Positions 24,417-38,294 of a DNA stretch of 64,000 nt are shown here, piece by piece. The number at the start of each line of letters is the position of its first letter. Positions within the stretch are counted from its first letter, which is position 1. The DNA comes from Octopus sinensis (Eukaryota). The translations under genes and the position numbers were made by a program. Location: NCBI RefSeq assembly GCF_006345805.1, contig NC_043015.1, positions 46,810,001-46,874,000 on the forward strand. The letters are read 5' to 3'. The notes below the pieces were generated by a model. It worked only from the letters and a program-made list of their open reading frames with translations, made no database searches and was not told where the DNA came from.

Positions 24417-24668
24417 ACTATCTATCTATCTATCTATCTATCCTCTCAGTCGAAGTCGACTCTCGGTTACTCGATGGATCAGTGTCCTCCAGTCAATTCT
24501 ATCCTGGGCCGCTTCTTTCAGTTTGGCTATGTCCATTCCGGTATCACTCTTGATGGTGTCAAGCCAGCGGGTTCTTGGTCAGCCTCTTCCTCTCTTGCCA
24601 CTGACCATTCCGAGCATGATGTCCTTCTCCAGGGATTTTCTCCGCATAATATGACCAAAATATGCCAA
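24336..24668 (-). mobile_element. 3' end of a BovB-like RTE LINE with (GATA)n tail
   Basis: Minus strand LAYFGHIMRRKSLEKDIMLGMVSGKRGRG*PRTRWLDTIKSDTGMDIAKLKEAAQDRIDWRTLIHRVTESRLRLRG*, the typical RTE/BovB C-terminus, followed immediately by (GATA)n (24336-24440). Confidence 0.9.
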
Positions 24669-26333
24669 TCTTCTTTTTTTCTTTTACTTGTTTCAGTCAT
24701 TTGACTGTGGCCATGCTGGAGCACCACCTTTAGTTGAGCAAATTGACTCCAGGACTGATTCTTTGTAAGCCTAGTACTTATTCTATCGGTCTCTTTTGTC
24801 AAACTGCTAAGTTACAATGATTAAGTATACCAGCATCAGTTGTCAAGTGATGTTGGGATGGGGGGACAAACACAGACACAGACACACACACACACAAAGA
24901 GGCACACACACAAACATGTATTCATGACCTGACATATGAGACAAAAAACAGTAAAGATCAGAGTGTTAGCACTTACTTGGTGACTCAACTCCTGACATAC
25001 GAGAACATTTTAGTACTGAATCCTGACTTTTTGTGTTTCACCCCATAATTCAACAATCTAGTTCAACATGTACAAACATTGGCCACTTGCATTCTGTTGT
25101 AACAATTGTTTTAGATGGATCTGATTTCTTACATTTAAACTTGCTTTATCTGAAGTCATAATTTTAACGTCCACTTTTCCATGCCGGCATGGGTCAGACA
25201 ATTTGTTGAGGTGGATTTTTCTACAGCTGGTGAGCTGGCAGAATCGTTAGCATGCTGGGCGAAATGCTTAGCAGTATTTTGTCTGCCGCTACATTCTGAG
25301 TTCAAATCCCGCCAAGGTCGACTTTGCCTTTCATCCTCTCAGGGTTGATAAATTAAGTCCCAGTTACACACTGGGGTCGATATAATCGACTTAATCCGTT
25401 TGTCTGTCCTTGTTTGTCCTCTCTGTGTTTAGCCTCTTGTGTGTGTAGAAAAGAAATGGGTATTTTGTCTGTCGCTACATTCTGAGTTCAAATCCCGCCA
25501 AGGTCGACTTTGCCTTTCATCCTTTCAGGGTCGATAAATTAAATCCTAGTTACACACTGGGGTCGATATAATCGACTTAATCCGTTTGTCTATCCTTGTT
25601 TGTCCTCTCTGTGTGTAGCTCCTTGTGGGCAGTACAGAAATAGGATTTTTCTACCGCTGGATGTCCTTCTTGTCAGCCCTCACCTGTTTCAAAGTAAGGT
25701 TATATTTCTCTATGACCAGACATGTTTTTGTATATATATATATATATATATCATCATCATTTAATGTCCTCTTTCCACGCTTGCATGGGTTGGACGATTT
25801 GACTGAGGACTGGCAGACTAGATGGCTGTGCCAGGCTCCAATCTGGTCTGGCAGAATTTATACAGCTTGATGCCCTTCCTAACGCCAACCACTCTGAGAG
25901 TGTAGTGGGTGCTTTTACGTGTCACTGGCATAAGGGCCAGTCTGGCGGTACTGGCAATGGCCATGCTCGAAATGGTGTTTTTTAAGTGCTACCTACACAG
26001 GAGTCAGTCCAGTGGTACTGGCAATGACCTCACTCGAATGTTTTGTTCACATGCCACCGGCACAAGTGCCAGTAAAGTGACGCTGGTAATGATCGCGCTC
26101 AAACGGTGCTTTTTACATGCCACCGGCATGGAAGCCAGACAGCTGCTCTGGCAGTGATCCCGCTCGGATGGAGCTGTTAGCGCTCCACTGGCATGGGTGC
26201 CAGTCATCGAATTTGGTTCAATTTCGATTTCACTTGCCCCAACAGGTCTTCGCAAGCAGAGTTTAGTGTCCAATGAAGGAAGGTTGGCATGGGTGCCAGT
26301 CGTCGAATTTGGTTCGATTTCGAATTCAAATTC

Positions 26334-26406
<73 letters not shown>

Positions 26407-26981
26407 TCATTTACTCTTTTACTCTTTTACTTGTTTCAGTCATTTGACTGCGGCCATGTTGGAGCACCGCCTTTAATCGAGCAACTCGACCCCGGGACTT
26501 ATTCTTTTGTAAGCCCAGTACTTATTCTATCGGTTTGTTTTGCCAAACCGCTAAGTAACGGGGACATAAACACACCAGCATCGGTTGTCAAGCAATGCTA
26601 GGGGGACAAACACAGACACACAAACACACACACGTATATATATATATATATATACATATATACGACAGGCTTCTTTCAGTTTCCGTCTACCAAATCCATT
26701 CACAAGGCTTTGGTCAGCCCGAGGCTATAGTAGAAGACACTTGCCCAAGGTGCCACGCAGTGGGACTGAACCCGGAACCACGTGGTTGGTAAGCAAGCTA
26801 CTTACCACATATATATATGTAGCTGTTTGGTAAGAGGCTTGCTTTTGATTGCTGTCGGTGTTTAACCCAGATCAACCATGAATAAGCAACACTATGATTA
26901 AGAGCAGATTCTCATATCTTCGTATTTCAGACTCTAAGTTATCAAATGTGTCAGCAAAAATAATTGTAAAGGTGAGATTAA

Positions 26982-27203
26982 CCCTTTAGTGTTCAGATTA
27001 TTCTCTCAAATGTGTTGTTTGTTTATTTATATTGTTTTGAATTAATCATGTATTATCTTGTAGTTTAGAGATTTCAGTGATGTGATTTTTTAAAGTTTTA
27101 GAATGACATGGTAGGGCTGAGTTAAGAGGCGAGCTCTGGTCAGTTTCAATATAAAACAGGTTAAATATTCTGGACGGATATGGCTGGTTTGAATGCTAAA
27201 GGG
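26982..27203. mobile_element. TTAA-flanked MITE, second family
   Basis: TTAA|CCCTTTAG ... CTAAAGGG|TTAA. Confidence 0.85.
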
Positions 27204-28416
27204 TTAAACATTGTAATGGTAGGGGGCACCAATTGTGATGATAATGTTTTCAGTTGAAGTTGAGGGTCACCAATTGTAACGGTATTGTTAAGATGGAGTC
27301 AGCAGTCACCAGTGTAATGGTTTGTATTATGATATATGTTGGAATCAGCAGCTACCAATTGTAACGGGTGTTGCTGTTGCAGATGTGCAAGATGCACGAA
27401 GAACAGTGATCAAAGTTGTAAAGAAATGTTTATTTACTGTTACTTAATATAATGCCATGCCTTGACGGGCAGGTGTGATCTAACTGAAAGAGCACTGCAA
27501 GGTTAAGAAAGTCAATTTTGGCCTGTATTTGTGTACATGTTCTTATTGTAGCTGTAAACCATAGATAGTGATAGAATGATGTTGTAAGAGAAAAGAAATT
27601 GAGCTAGTGAATTTTATAAAATCAATCAATGGAAATTGCAGATGTGTTACCAGTGCCGGTGGCATGTAAGAGAACCATCTGTTCGTGACCGTTGCCAGCG
27701 CCGCCCCGACTGGCCTCGTGCTGGTGGCACGTAAAAAGCACCATCCATTCGTGTCCATTGCCAGCCTCGCCTGGCCCCCGTGCCGGTGGCACATAAAAAG
27801 CACCATCCGTTCGTGGCCATTTGCCAGCTCTGTCTGGCACCTGTGCGGGTGGCATGTAAAAAGCACCCACTACACTCACGGATTGGTTGGCGTTAGGAAG
27901 GGCATCCAGCCGTAGAAACACTGCCAGATCTGACTAGGCCTGATGAAGCCTTCCGGCTTCACAGACCCCAGTTGAATCGTCCAACCCATGCTAGCATGGA
28001 AAATGGACGCTAAACGATGATGATGATGAAGATGATGAAGGGAAAATTTGTCTCATTGTTGTCCGATTGTAACCTTCTTTCTCCGTCTTGCTGGTTGTCT
28101 TTAGTGGTTGCCTGCTTGTGGCCATGACTCTAGTTGTCTCGGTTCACAGACCAACTTTTGCTTGAGAATCTTCCGTATCTATAACTCTTTACTCTTTACT
28201 CTTTTACTTGTTTTAGTCATTTGACTGCGGCCATGCTGGAGCACCGCCTTTAGTTGAGCAAATCGACCCCGGGTTCTTATTCTTTGTAAGCCCAGTACTT
28301 ATTCTATCAGTCTGTTTTGCCAAACCGCTAAGTGACGGGGACGTAAACACACCAGCATCGGTTGTCAAGCAACGCTAGGGGGACAAACACAGACACACAA
28401 ACACACACACGCATAC

Positions 28417-28447
<31 letters not shown>

Positions 28448-28649
28448 TACGACAGGCTTCTTTCAGTTTCCGTCTACCAAATCCACTCACAAGGCATTGG
28501 TTGGCCCAAGGCTATAGCAGAAGACACTTGCCCAAGGTTCCACACAGTGGGACTGAACCCAGAACCATGTGGTTGGTTAGCAAGCTACTTACCACACAGC
28601 CACTTCTGCGCCTATCGCAAGATAGAGAGAAAGAGAGACATATTGTTGA

Positions 28650-29230
28650 GAACAATGGATTTCGTTGGGGGTCCGTTATCTCAATTCTAGCTTTTGGTGA
28701 AATTGAAAAGGTCAGAAGGGTCAAGTGGCAAAGACAAATCGATTTAGCAAAGCCATATGCTAAACGTAACTTGCTCTGTCAACCATTGTTTTCTCTGTGG
28801 GAAAAGTGCTGTTGGAACTGTTAAGTGAAATTTGGCAATGGAGGTGTAAGAATTAACACTTCCTTCTCTAAGCCTAGATTCGAAACTGAATCCAAGAATT
28901 CTCGGTCGTCCAAACCACGACGATCAACAGGCGCGAAAAAAGGTTTTCTTTGTCCTGTCAAAAATTGATTGATCATCTCCCTTTGACCTGCGACCTCAGC
29001 ATGTCAGGCGAAGTTCAACTGGACAAGCGCTGACCTATTTAGGTACAAACTCTGCTGCAGTATGTCTGTCTTTCTAGCTGCCACAAATATTATAAAACCG
29101 GTGGTGAAACACCAGAGGCAGACAGACGAGATAGATCTATCTACAACCCAAGGTTTTGGCAGACCGCAGGGACAGAGAGAAATGATCGAAGTGCCGATAG
29201 ACTACTGTTTCGAATGAAACACACACACAG
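28650..29230. promoter_or_regulatory. Unique, relatively CpG-rich island with clustered nuclear-receptor half-sites
   Basis: AGGTCA-GAA-GGGTCA (28709-28723), TGATTGAT (28966-28973), TGACCT-G-CGACCT (28984-28996), TGACCT (29031), TATAAAA (29091). Confidence 0.3.
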
Positions 29231-31049
29231 GCACATACACAAACATATTCATTCCTAATATGTACTCTGTATTTCTAGCAACTCATAGCAGTTGCCTACA
29301 TTTTGTATGTAGTGTACCTATAACAAATCAAAACCTGTAAATAAATTCCTTTCAATCATGAATCGGTTTACGTCTTTGTTTACATACACACCTAACCACT
29401 ACAGAGGATTGAATCCACGCCATGCCTGCATGAAGCTCACTACAACTCACATACAGGTTTTACCTTATCTCTCAGTGACTAGCAAAGGAAAAATATCATG
29501 AACAGACCATGAGCTAGAGGGGTTGTATGGGGTTGTTGTGGGGGCTGACATGCAATTACTGACATACACGGAACTCTTGTCTTCTGAAAGGACACCCTAT
29601 TATACAATATCATTTAGCTGCCTGTCACCCAAATCCTCCTACCCACATCCTGCTTGAGCTGACAAATTTTCACTCAAACTATTTATAACAAAGAAAGCAT
29701 TCTGAATAGTTTCAATTCACTATTTTTCAAAGAATATAACTGATTTAACCCTTTTGACACCAACCCAGCCGGAATTGCCTCTGACTCTGTAGTACAAATG
29801 TCTTGTTTGCAAAAGTTATGAATTAAAATCATCCACCAAACCTTAGTCACAATTTACATTCCTAACACTAGCTTAGTTATTTTACTAAATTTTTTGTTAT
29901 ATTGAAAAATCATTGAAAGAAACATGGAGTATCTCAACAAAAATATAGCAAAATGGTCAAGTAACAGTTTTGCAGGAAAAAGCTAATGAGTTTCATTTGA
30001 CGGAAGCATTATATCCTGGTGAAACATAAATAATGTTAAAAATCTCAAATGGCTTTAATTTACAATGTTTTTATTTCTGAGAATAAATTTGTCATTATTT
30101 CATAAATTACAAGGTTAACTTAAATAGATTTTTTCTCTTTAGGAAGGGCATGCAGCCATGGAAACCATGCCAAAGCTGACACTAGAATGTCATGATGTCC
30201 TCTGGCTTGCCAGATCCTGTCAAACTGTCCAACTCCTCTCAGCATGGAAAATAGACCTTAAATGATGATGATGATGAGGAGGAGGAGGAGGAAGAGGGGG
30301 ATAATGATGATGATGATGATGATGTCTTTCTTTTTATCTGTTTTACATGTTTTAGTCATTGGACTGAGACCTTGTTAGGGAACTACCTTGAATGGTTTTT
30401 ACTGGAACAAATTAATCCTAGCACTTATTTTTAAGTTTGGTTTAATATTCTTTTGTTCTCTTTGGTCAAGCTGCAAAGTTATGGGAATGTAAACAAACCA
30501 ACACCGGTTGTTAAACAGTGGGAGGAAGAACACACACACACTCACACACACTCACACACTCACACTCTGCAATTAGTGCTCAGGTTAACTTTCCTAACTG
30601 GTTTTATAAGCCAATCTACGTTTTGCTGAGAAATGTTACGTTTGAAACTATTATATGTTGAGATTTGTCAAGTTTATTGAGGCATTGTGATTTACACGTA
30701 ATGCCAGTTCTAATTTTTTGCTAGATATTTAACATTGTTAATAACTCCCTCTCTTTCTCTTTTATCTCTTTTTCTCTTTTTACTTGTTTCAGTCATTTGA
30801 CTGCGGCCATGCTGGAGCACCGCCTTTAATCGAGCAACTCGACCCCGGGACTTATTCTTTTGTAAGCCCAGTACTTATTCTATCGGTCTGTTTTGCCGAA
30901 CCGCTAAGTGACGGGGGCATAAACACACCAGCATCGGTTGTCAAGCAATGCTAGGGGGACAAACACAGACACACAAACATACACATACATACATATATAT
31001 ATATATACATATATACAACGGGCTTCTTTCAGATTCCATCACCACAAGG

Positions 31050-31715
31050 CCTTCATCCAAATATTTTTGTTGATTTGGTTGGATCATGAAAGTAACACTG
31101 GATGGCAATGACGTGCTCTCTATTTTACCATCATTATTGACAAGTAGGTGATGGTCTGGGTGAGCAGTTGTGTTGTCAATGATTAGCAGTAACTTGGCCT
31201 CATCAGCAAAATGTTTGAAGACATCTTCTTAGTATCTATACACTTCTGGAATAAGTTTCAGGAACCCCCACCCCCCCCATTAATTACAGATATGCACGTT
31301 TAACCACTATTTCGTGAATGGTAATAATGAACAATCACTGGTGAATTATGTCTGAGGCATGCTGATCTCCCCACTGCGGCTAACTTCAAAATAGGCATTC
31401 ACACAATATGTCACAGAAAAATGCTCCTTAATTTATCATCAAGTGAGAAATCTTCATTCTTAAAAGCTTGGGCATTTCAGAGTAGTCACGCAAACAGGAT
31501 CCTGTTTAATACCCATCATACTCTTAGGAAATTTAGAGCCCTTCACACTTAATTTAGTCACTTAAATACTTCGTGAATGGTTCAAGTTCCTTGGTCAGCA
31601 TGCTGCCTGCTTCACTGAGGTTAATTTTACAATCCATTCCATGGCAATTTCCAAATCCCCATCACCACCCTTTGCCAGTTTCAAAATTCTTGATCCCCAC
31701 ATTTCTAGCCACATC
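31050..31715 (-). mobile_element. Decayed pogo/Tigger-like DDE transposase fragment
   Basis: Minus strand gives VARNVGIKNFETGKGW*WGFGNCHGM...LSEAGS...EYDGY*TGS and EAKLLLIIDNTTAHP...KIESTSLPSSVTFMIQP, resembling the CENP-B HTH/DDE_1 motifs (F.AS.GW, NADETG, LLLLDNAPAH, LPPNTTSLIQP). Confidence 0.75.
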
Positions 31716-31820
31716 ACTTTGAATTTTTATCTTTTGGTTGTTACCATGTGGTCTTTAACCTATTAGCATTCAGATTACTCTGTCAAATGAGTGCTTGACA
31801 ACCGATGCTGGTGTGTTTAA

Positions 31821-32039
31821 CCCTTTAGTGTTCAGATTATTCTATCAAACATAATGCTTATTGGTTCCCATTGATTTGAATTAATCATGCATTATCTCAT
31901 ATCTTCAAGATCTTGATGGTGTAATTACTTAATGTAGAATAACATTGTAGGGTAGGTGTGAGAGCCTGGATCTGGTTAGTTTGAACATAAAACAGATTAA
32001 ATATTTTGGCCGGATATGGCCGGTTTAAATACTAAAGGG
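31821..32039. mobile_element. TTAA-flanked MITE inserted into a SINE A 3' half
   Basis: Same family as 26982-27203; SINE sequence GATGCTGGTGTGT resumes as GTCCCCGTAACTTAGCGG after the element; partial duplicate at ~32125-32297. Confidence 0.85.
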
Positions 32040-33063
32040 TTAAGTCCCCGTAACTTAGCGGTTCGGCAAAAGAGGCCGATAGAATAAGTACAAAGAATAA
32101 GTCCTGGTGTTGAGTTGCTTGACTGCTTTGAATTAATCATGTATTATCTTGTGGTTTATAGATTTCAATGATGTGATTGTTTACTTTTAGAATTGACATT
32201 GTAGGGTAGGTGTGAGAGACTGGATCCGGACAGTTTGAACATGAAGCAGGAAGAATATTTTGGCTGGATATGGCTGGTTTAAATGTTAAATGGTTAAAGA
32301 ATACATCACATATTTACTACCTCCTCAAGACTTGTACATCATACATTACAGACATGTCCCCTACATCCCTCTTCAGCTGAGTGATTCTAATCTTGCAGAC
32401 TCATGAGTATTGGTGCCACATTCAAAGCGCCCATGATAATGCCATGTAAAAAGCAGCTGTGCTGGTGCCACATGGAAGTACCCGTGCCAGTACAGCATAA
32501 AAGCACTCAGAACCCTCTGTAAAGTGGTTGGCATTAGGAAGGACTTCCAGCCGCAGATACCATGCCAAAACGGACATGGAACCCAAGCAGCGCTTCAGTT
32601 GGCCAACTCCTGTCAAACTGTCTAACTCATGCCAACATGGAAAATAAGTGTTTAATGATGGTGATGAAGAAGACAACAATGATGACAGTTTTTTTTTGTA
32701 ACCAACCAATGATGATTTAGAATTTGCATTATATTTCAAAGAAAATGCCATATGTTTATCTCTGAGTTTGAATATGATTAAAACTATCTTAACACCTTAT
32801 TCTCAAAAACTTCCACTAGTAAAGTACCAGCCTTTAATTTCTTCATAAGGCGTAGGAGTGGCTGTGTGGTAAGTAGCTTGCTTATGAACCACATGGTTCC
32901 AGGTTCAGTCCCACTGCGTGGCACCTTGGGCAGGTGTCTTTTACTATAGCCTCGGGCCGACCAAAGCCTTGTGAGTGGATTTGGTTGACGGAATCTGAAA
33001 GAAGCCCGTCGTATATCATCATCATCGTTTAACGTCCGTTTTCCGCGCTAGCACGGGTTGATG

Positions 33064-33152
<89 letters not shown>

Positions 33153-34253
33153 TTATGTATATTTATATATATATATATATATAGGCGGTGCTCCAGCATG
33201 GCCGCAGTCAAATGACTGAAACAAGTACAAAAAAAAAAAATATATGTATGTATGTATGTGTGTGTATATGTTTGTGTGCCTGTCTTTGTTCCCCCAACAT
33301 CGCTTGACAACCAATGCTGGTGTGTTTACGTCCCCGTAACTTAGTGGTTCGGCAAAAGAGACCGATAGAATAAGTACAAAGAATAAGTCCTGGGGTCAAT
33401 TTGCTCGACTAAAGGCAGTGCTCCAGCATGGCCACAGTCAAATGACTGAAACAAGTAAAAGAGTAAGTTCCAGTTTTGGGTGCACTGAAACCATTATGTA
33501 AAATAGAAGGCTAAAGGATACCTAATCACTGCAATATCAATGAAAATATCAGGCCACACAAGTTGTGTTGCCTTGCACATTGGTGGTTATTGCCACTCTC
33601 TGCTACCATACATACATATACAATTCCAAGTGGAATCAGCTGTAAATAATTGTCTCCGAGTGGTACATTTTATTCTAGAGATCTCAGTTCATATTACTCT
33701 GAGCAATAGCTACCAAATAGGTTTTCCTGAATTAAACTAATGCTGTATACAATGGAGATTTGATTCATCTACTGATGCCAGGCATAGGCATTAGGCTGGC
33801 AGAATTGTTAGCATGTGAGATGAAACCGTTTAGCAATATCTCTTCTGGTACTTGACGTTCTGAGTTCAAATTCCACCAAGGTCAACTGTGTCTTTCACCC
33901 CCTTTGGGCTGGGGAAGAGGTCAATAAAATAATGCATTGCATTCTTTTACTTGTTTCAGTCATTTGATTGCGTCCATGCTGGAGCACCACCTTATTTTAG
34001 ACAAAGAGATCAACCCCAGAACTTATTCTTTGTAAGCCTGGTATTTATTCTATCAGTATCTTTTGCCAAATTGCTAAGTTACAGGGATGTAAACACACCA
34101 ACAACAGTTGTCAAGTGATGATGGGAGGACAAATACAGGCACACAACATAGATACATATATATATATATATATGTAGTTCCATATTTAAGAAATGAGTAA
34201 TTATGTACATTATTTACATTTGATGGATATTTGTTCTCATCTTATTTGTTGTT

Positions 34254-34299
34254 AACACAATGTTTCGGCTGATATACCCTCCAGCCTTCATCAGGTGTC
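34254..34299 (-). ncRNA. Minimal type I hammerhead motif (CUGAUGA+A variant) in a Penelope-like pLTR fragment
   Basis: Minus strand GACAC CUGAUGA A GGCUG gaggguauau CAGCC GAAA ca U U GUGUU. Confidence 0.7.
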
Positions 34300-35335
34300 T
34301 TGGGGAAATTTCGATTTAGTGGCTGTTTGCCAGCTCTGTCTGGCACCTGTGCGGGTGGCACGTAAAAAGCACCCACTACACTCACGGAGTGGTTGGCGTT
34401 AGGAAGGGCATCCAGCCGTAGAAACACTGCCAGATCTGACTGGGCCTGGTGCAGCCTTCCAGCTTCACAGACCCCAGTTGAACCGTCCAACCCATGCTAG
34501 CATGGAAAACGGACGCTAAACGATGATGATGATGATGACTGAGGTTTACATAAGCATAACTCTAAAATACAACTTTAGGCTACAATTACATGGTTTCATC
34601 TTTGTGTCCAAAAGCAAAACTATTAATTTGAAAACTAAAAGCAAGGACAAACCAAATTATTATGAAGAAAATTTCCTTTCAGTTTATACATTGCCAATGG
34701 CCTTATGAACCCGACTTCTCACCGCAAAGCCTTATGCATGTAACAGGATGAATGGAGTGCAAGAGCATGTAATAAACAGGACATGTGTTAGTAGAATGTT
34801 GTTTCACATGAACTCATGTTTCAGTTTTTCACAATAGCCACAATACATCCTAAATAGGTGGGGGTTATGAACAGACAATGAGTTTCCCCTTATGATTCAT
34901 GTTTGTACAGGATGTCCCAGAATTAACTGTTTTCCTTTTACCTTTTCTTTTTCTTGTTTCAATATCCTGAAACTACAGCCATGTTGTGGCACTGCCTTGA
35001 GGAATTTTTAGTCAACTGTATCGATCCCAGTACCTACTTTTGTTTTTTTTGTTTTATAAGCTTTGGATTCATTCTATTGGTCTCTTTTACCCATCTGTTA
35101 AGTTATTGGGACATAAATACACCACCACCGGTTGTTAAGTAGTTGTGATAGTGATGGGACGAACACACATAAACACTCATGCACACACACACACACACAC
35201 ACATGCACAAACACACACACACACACACATGCACACATGTATATGACGGGCTTCTTTCAGTTTCCATCTACCAAATCCACTCACAAGACTTTGGTAGGCC
35301 TGAGGTTATAGTACTGCCTGTGCCACCTAAGAGAG

Positions 35336-35384
<49 letters not shown>

Positions 35385-36507
35385 CACCATTATATATATA
35401 TAAAAAACAGCATTTGAGTGTGATCGTTACCTGAGTCGTCTTACCGGCACTTGTGCTGGTGGCAGGTGAAAAAACATTCGAGCGAGGTTGTTGCCAGTGC
35501 TGCTGGACTGGCTCCTGTGCAGGTGGCACATAAAAAGCACCATTTGAGTGTTGCTGTTGCCAGTACTGCCTGACTGGCCCTCGTACCGGTGGCACGTAAA
35601 AGCACCCACTACACCCTCGGAGTGGTTGGCGTTAGGAAGGACATCCAGCTGTAGAAACTCTGCCAGATCAGATTGGAGCCTGATGCAGCCATCTGGTTCG
35701 CCAGTCCTCAGTCAAATCATCCAACCCATGCTAGCATAAAAAGTGGACATTAAACGATGATGATGATGATGATGATAACATACATATATTAGTCGAGCAG
35801 TAGGAGTGGCTGTGTGGTAAGTTGCTTGCTTATGAGCCACATGGTTCCGGGTTCAGTACCACTGCGTGGCACCTTGGGCAAGTGCCTTCTACTATAGCCT
35901 CAGGCCGACCAAAGCCTTGTGAGTGGATTTGGTAGATGGAATCTGAAAGAAGCCCATCGTATATATGTGTATATATATATATATATGTGTGTGTGTATAT
36001 GTCTGTGTCTCTGTGTGTCTGTGTTTGTCCCCTCAACATCGCTTGACAACCGATGCTAATGTGTTTACGTCCCCGTAACTTAGCGGTTTGGTAAAAGGAG
36101 CCCGATAGAATAAGTACTAGGCTTACAATGAATAAGTCCTGGGGTCGATTTGCTCGACTAAAGGCGGTGCTCCAGCATGGCCGCAGTCAAATGACTGAAA
36201 CAAGTAAAAGGGTATATGTCTAACAAATGATAGAGAGGGAAAATAGAATATATGAGAAACTTTTTCGCTCACAATGATCATTTCGACCCATCCTGCATTG
36301 GTCCCTTGTGGCTGGATACTGTTCGACTGGTTGTGGTGCATCCCTTTGTGCAGAGGCACCCCGTCAGGTGATATTATAAGGGGAAACTTGTTAAAAAAAC
36401 CCTGTTTTTCTCAGTTTAATACAATATGTTGTTAGTGACCCTAGGTTTAAGCAGTTGGACAGGAATGGCTAGGGACAAATTCTGCTGTGATATTGCAGAG
36501 ATATGTA

Positions 36508-37575
36508 TCATCATCATCATCATCGTCGTTTAACGTCCGCTTTCCATGCTGGCATGGGTTGGACGACTTGACTAATGGCTGGCAAGTCAGAAGGCTGCAC
36601 CAGGCTCCAGTCCGATCTGGCAAAGTTTCTACAGCTAGATGCCCTTCCTAACACCAACCACTCCAAGAGTGTAGTGGGTGCTTTTTATGTGCCATTGGCA
36701 TGAGGAGCAATCAAGCAGTACTGGCATTGACCACACTCGAATGGTGCTGTTTACGTACCACTGGCTTGGGAGTCAGTCAGGTGGCACTGGCAACAATCAC
36801 ACTTGAATGGTGCTTTTAACGTGCCACCGGCATGGGACCAGTCAGGTGGCACTGCCAGCGACCATGATCAAATGGTGCTTTTTAAGTGCCACCGGCATGG
36901 GTGCCAATCAGGTGGTACTGTCATTGGCCACGACAATGACTTCACTTGCCTCAACAGGTCTTCGCAAGCACAGTTTATTGCCCAATGAATGAAGAGTACT
37001 CTTAAAAGGGCCAGTGATGCTGCACTGGTATAGGCCACCGTTATGGTCTCACTTGGTTTACCGGGTCTTCTCAAGCACAGCATATTTCCAAAGGTCTAGG
37101 TCACTTGTCATCACCTCCGTGGGGCCCAATGTTCAAAGGTCGTGCTTCACCACCTCATCCTATGTCTTCCTGGGTCTACCTCTTCCACAGGTTTCCTCTA
37201 CTGCTAGAGTGTGACACTTTTTCATACAGCTGTCCTCATCCATTCACAACACATGACCATACCAGTGCAGTCATCTCTCTTGCACACCACATTTGATGCT
37301 TCTTATGTCCAGCTTTTCTCTCAGGACGGTTACACTCTGTTGATGCACACTGACATTACACATCCAGCCAAGCATACAAGCTTCATTCCTTGCAAGCTTA
37401 CGCATGTCCTCAGCAGTCATGGACCATGTTTGATTGCCATGTAGCATGGCTATTCACACACATGCGTCATACAGTCTACCTTTTACTCTGATCAAGAGGT
37501 CCTTTGTCAGCAGCAGAGGTAGGAGCTCTCTGAATTTTGTCCAGGCAATTCTTATTCTAGTAGCTATACTTTCAG
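36508..37575 (-). mobile_element. 5'-truncated RTE LINE (RT C-terminus, 3'UTR with tandem subunits, (GAT)n tail)
   Basis: Minus strand SIATRIRIAWTKFRELLPLLLTKDLLIRVKGRLYDACV...ERRLHWYGHV...GRGRPRKT; 3'UTR with GTGCC-GGT-GGCAC subunits, a degenerate version of the family's GGCGTTAGGAAGGGCATCCAGC motif and a (GAT)n tail. Confidence 0.88.
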
Positions 37576-37580
37576 AGCTC

Positions 37581-37656
37581 TGTGTGTGTGTGTATGTGTG
37601 TGTGTGTGTGTGTGTTTGTGTGTGTATGTTTGTGTGTGTGTGTGTTTGTTTGTGTG

Positions 37657-37721
<65 letters not shown>

Positions 37722-37763
37722 GTGTGTGTGTGTTTGTATGTGTGTGTGTGTGTGTGTGTGTGT
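37581..37763. repeat. (GT)n compound microsatellite
   Basis: Direct inspection; abuts the 5' truncation point of the RTE copy. Confidence 0.95.
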
Positions 37764-38294
37764 TTAAAGAAAGAGCACAAAAGGGTTACGATTGACTACA
37801 GCTGTTTCAGATGCATTTATTATTGATGAATTGCTTGATTACATCATTAAAAAAATATTACTTTGACATTTAAGATTTAACATTTGGTTTGGAGATCATC
37901 AAGATACAGAGTGTATGTTGACTCTCTCAATGTGGTGGAAACAAATGAGAAAGTGACTCCAACATCAACACAGATATTATAAACTTGTCAACAAATCTAT
38001 CAAGTGAAGAGGCCAACACTGAATTACTTGCATTAACTAGATGGCGAGAGATAAATCATTAAAGCAGTGGAGAGAGATAAAAAGTAGGAAAGGAAGAATA
38101 AGCAAGAGATAACAGTTAAGAGGGATACAGAGAGAATAGAGAGAGGGGAGGTGGGAGATTAACAATGTTCGACATCAGAGATAAAAGGTTTTCCTGCCAA
38201 CCGGATATAAGTAACAATCAAACCTAGATCACTGACAATAGCAAACACGGATTCAACGCCCACAATCCATTATACACGCAAACACAAGAGGACA

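Noticed and set aside
27941-27970. CTGATGAAGCC...GGCTTC as a hammerhead
   Set aside because: No GAAA or stem III; it is a mutated form of the RTE-tail CCTGGTGCAGCCTTCTGGCTTC.
28600-29300. Conserved miRNA in the unique regions
   Set aside because: I recognised no mature sequence of the conserved bilaterian or molluscan miRNAs I can recall; novel miRNAs cannot be excluded without small-RNA data.
36295-36335. Hammerhead-like 3' half on minus (GACC..GGTC GAAA TGATCA TT GTGAGC), and a similar half at ~45790-45815
   Set aside because: The CUGANGA strand is missing; at most relics.
37434-37826. CV/HT/YI-repeat ORFs here and elsewhere
   Set aside because: Translations of (GT)n, (CA)n and (TA)n microsatellites.
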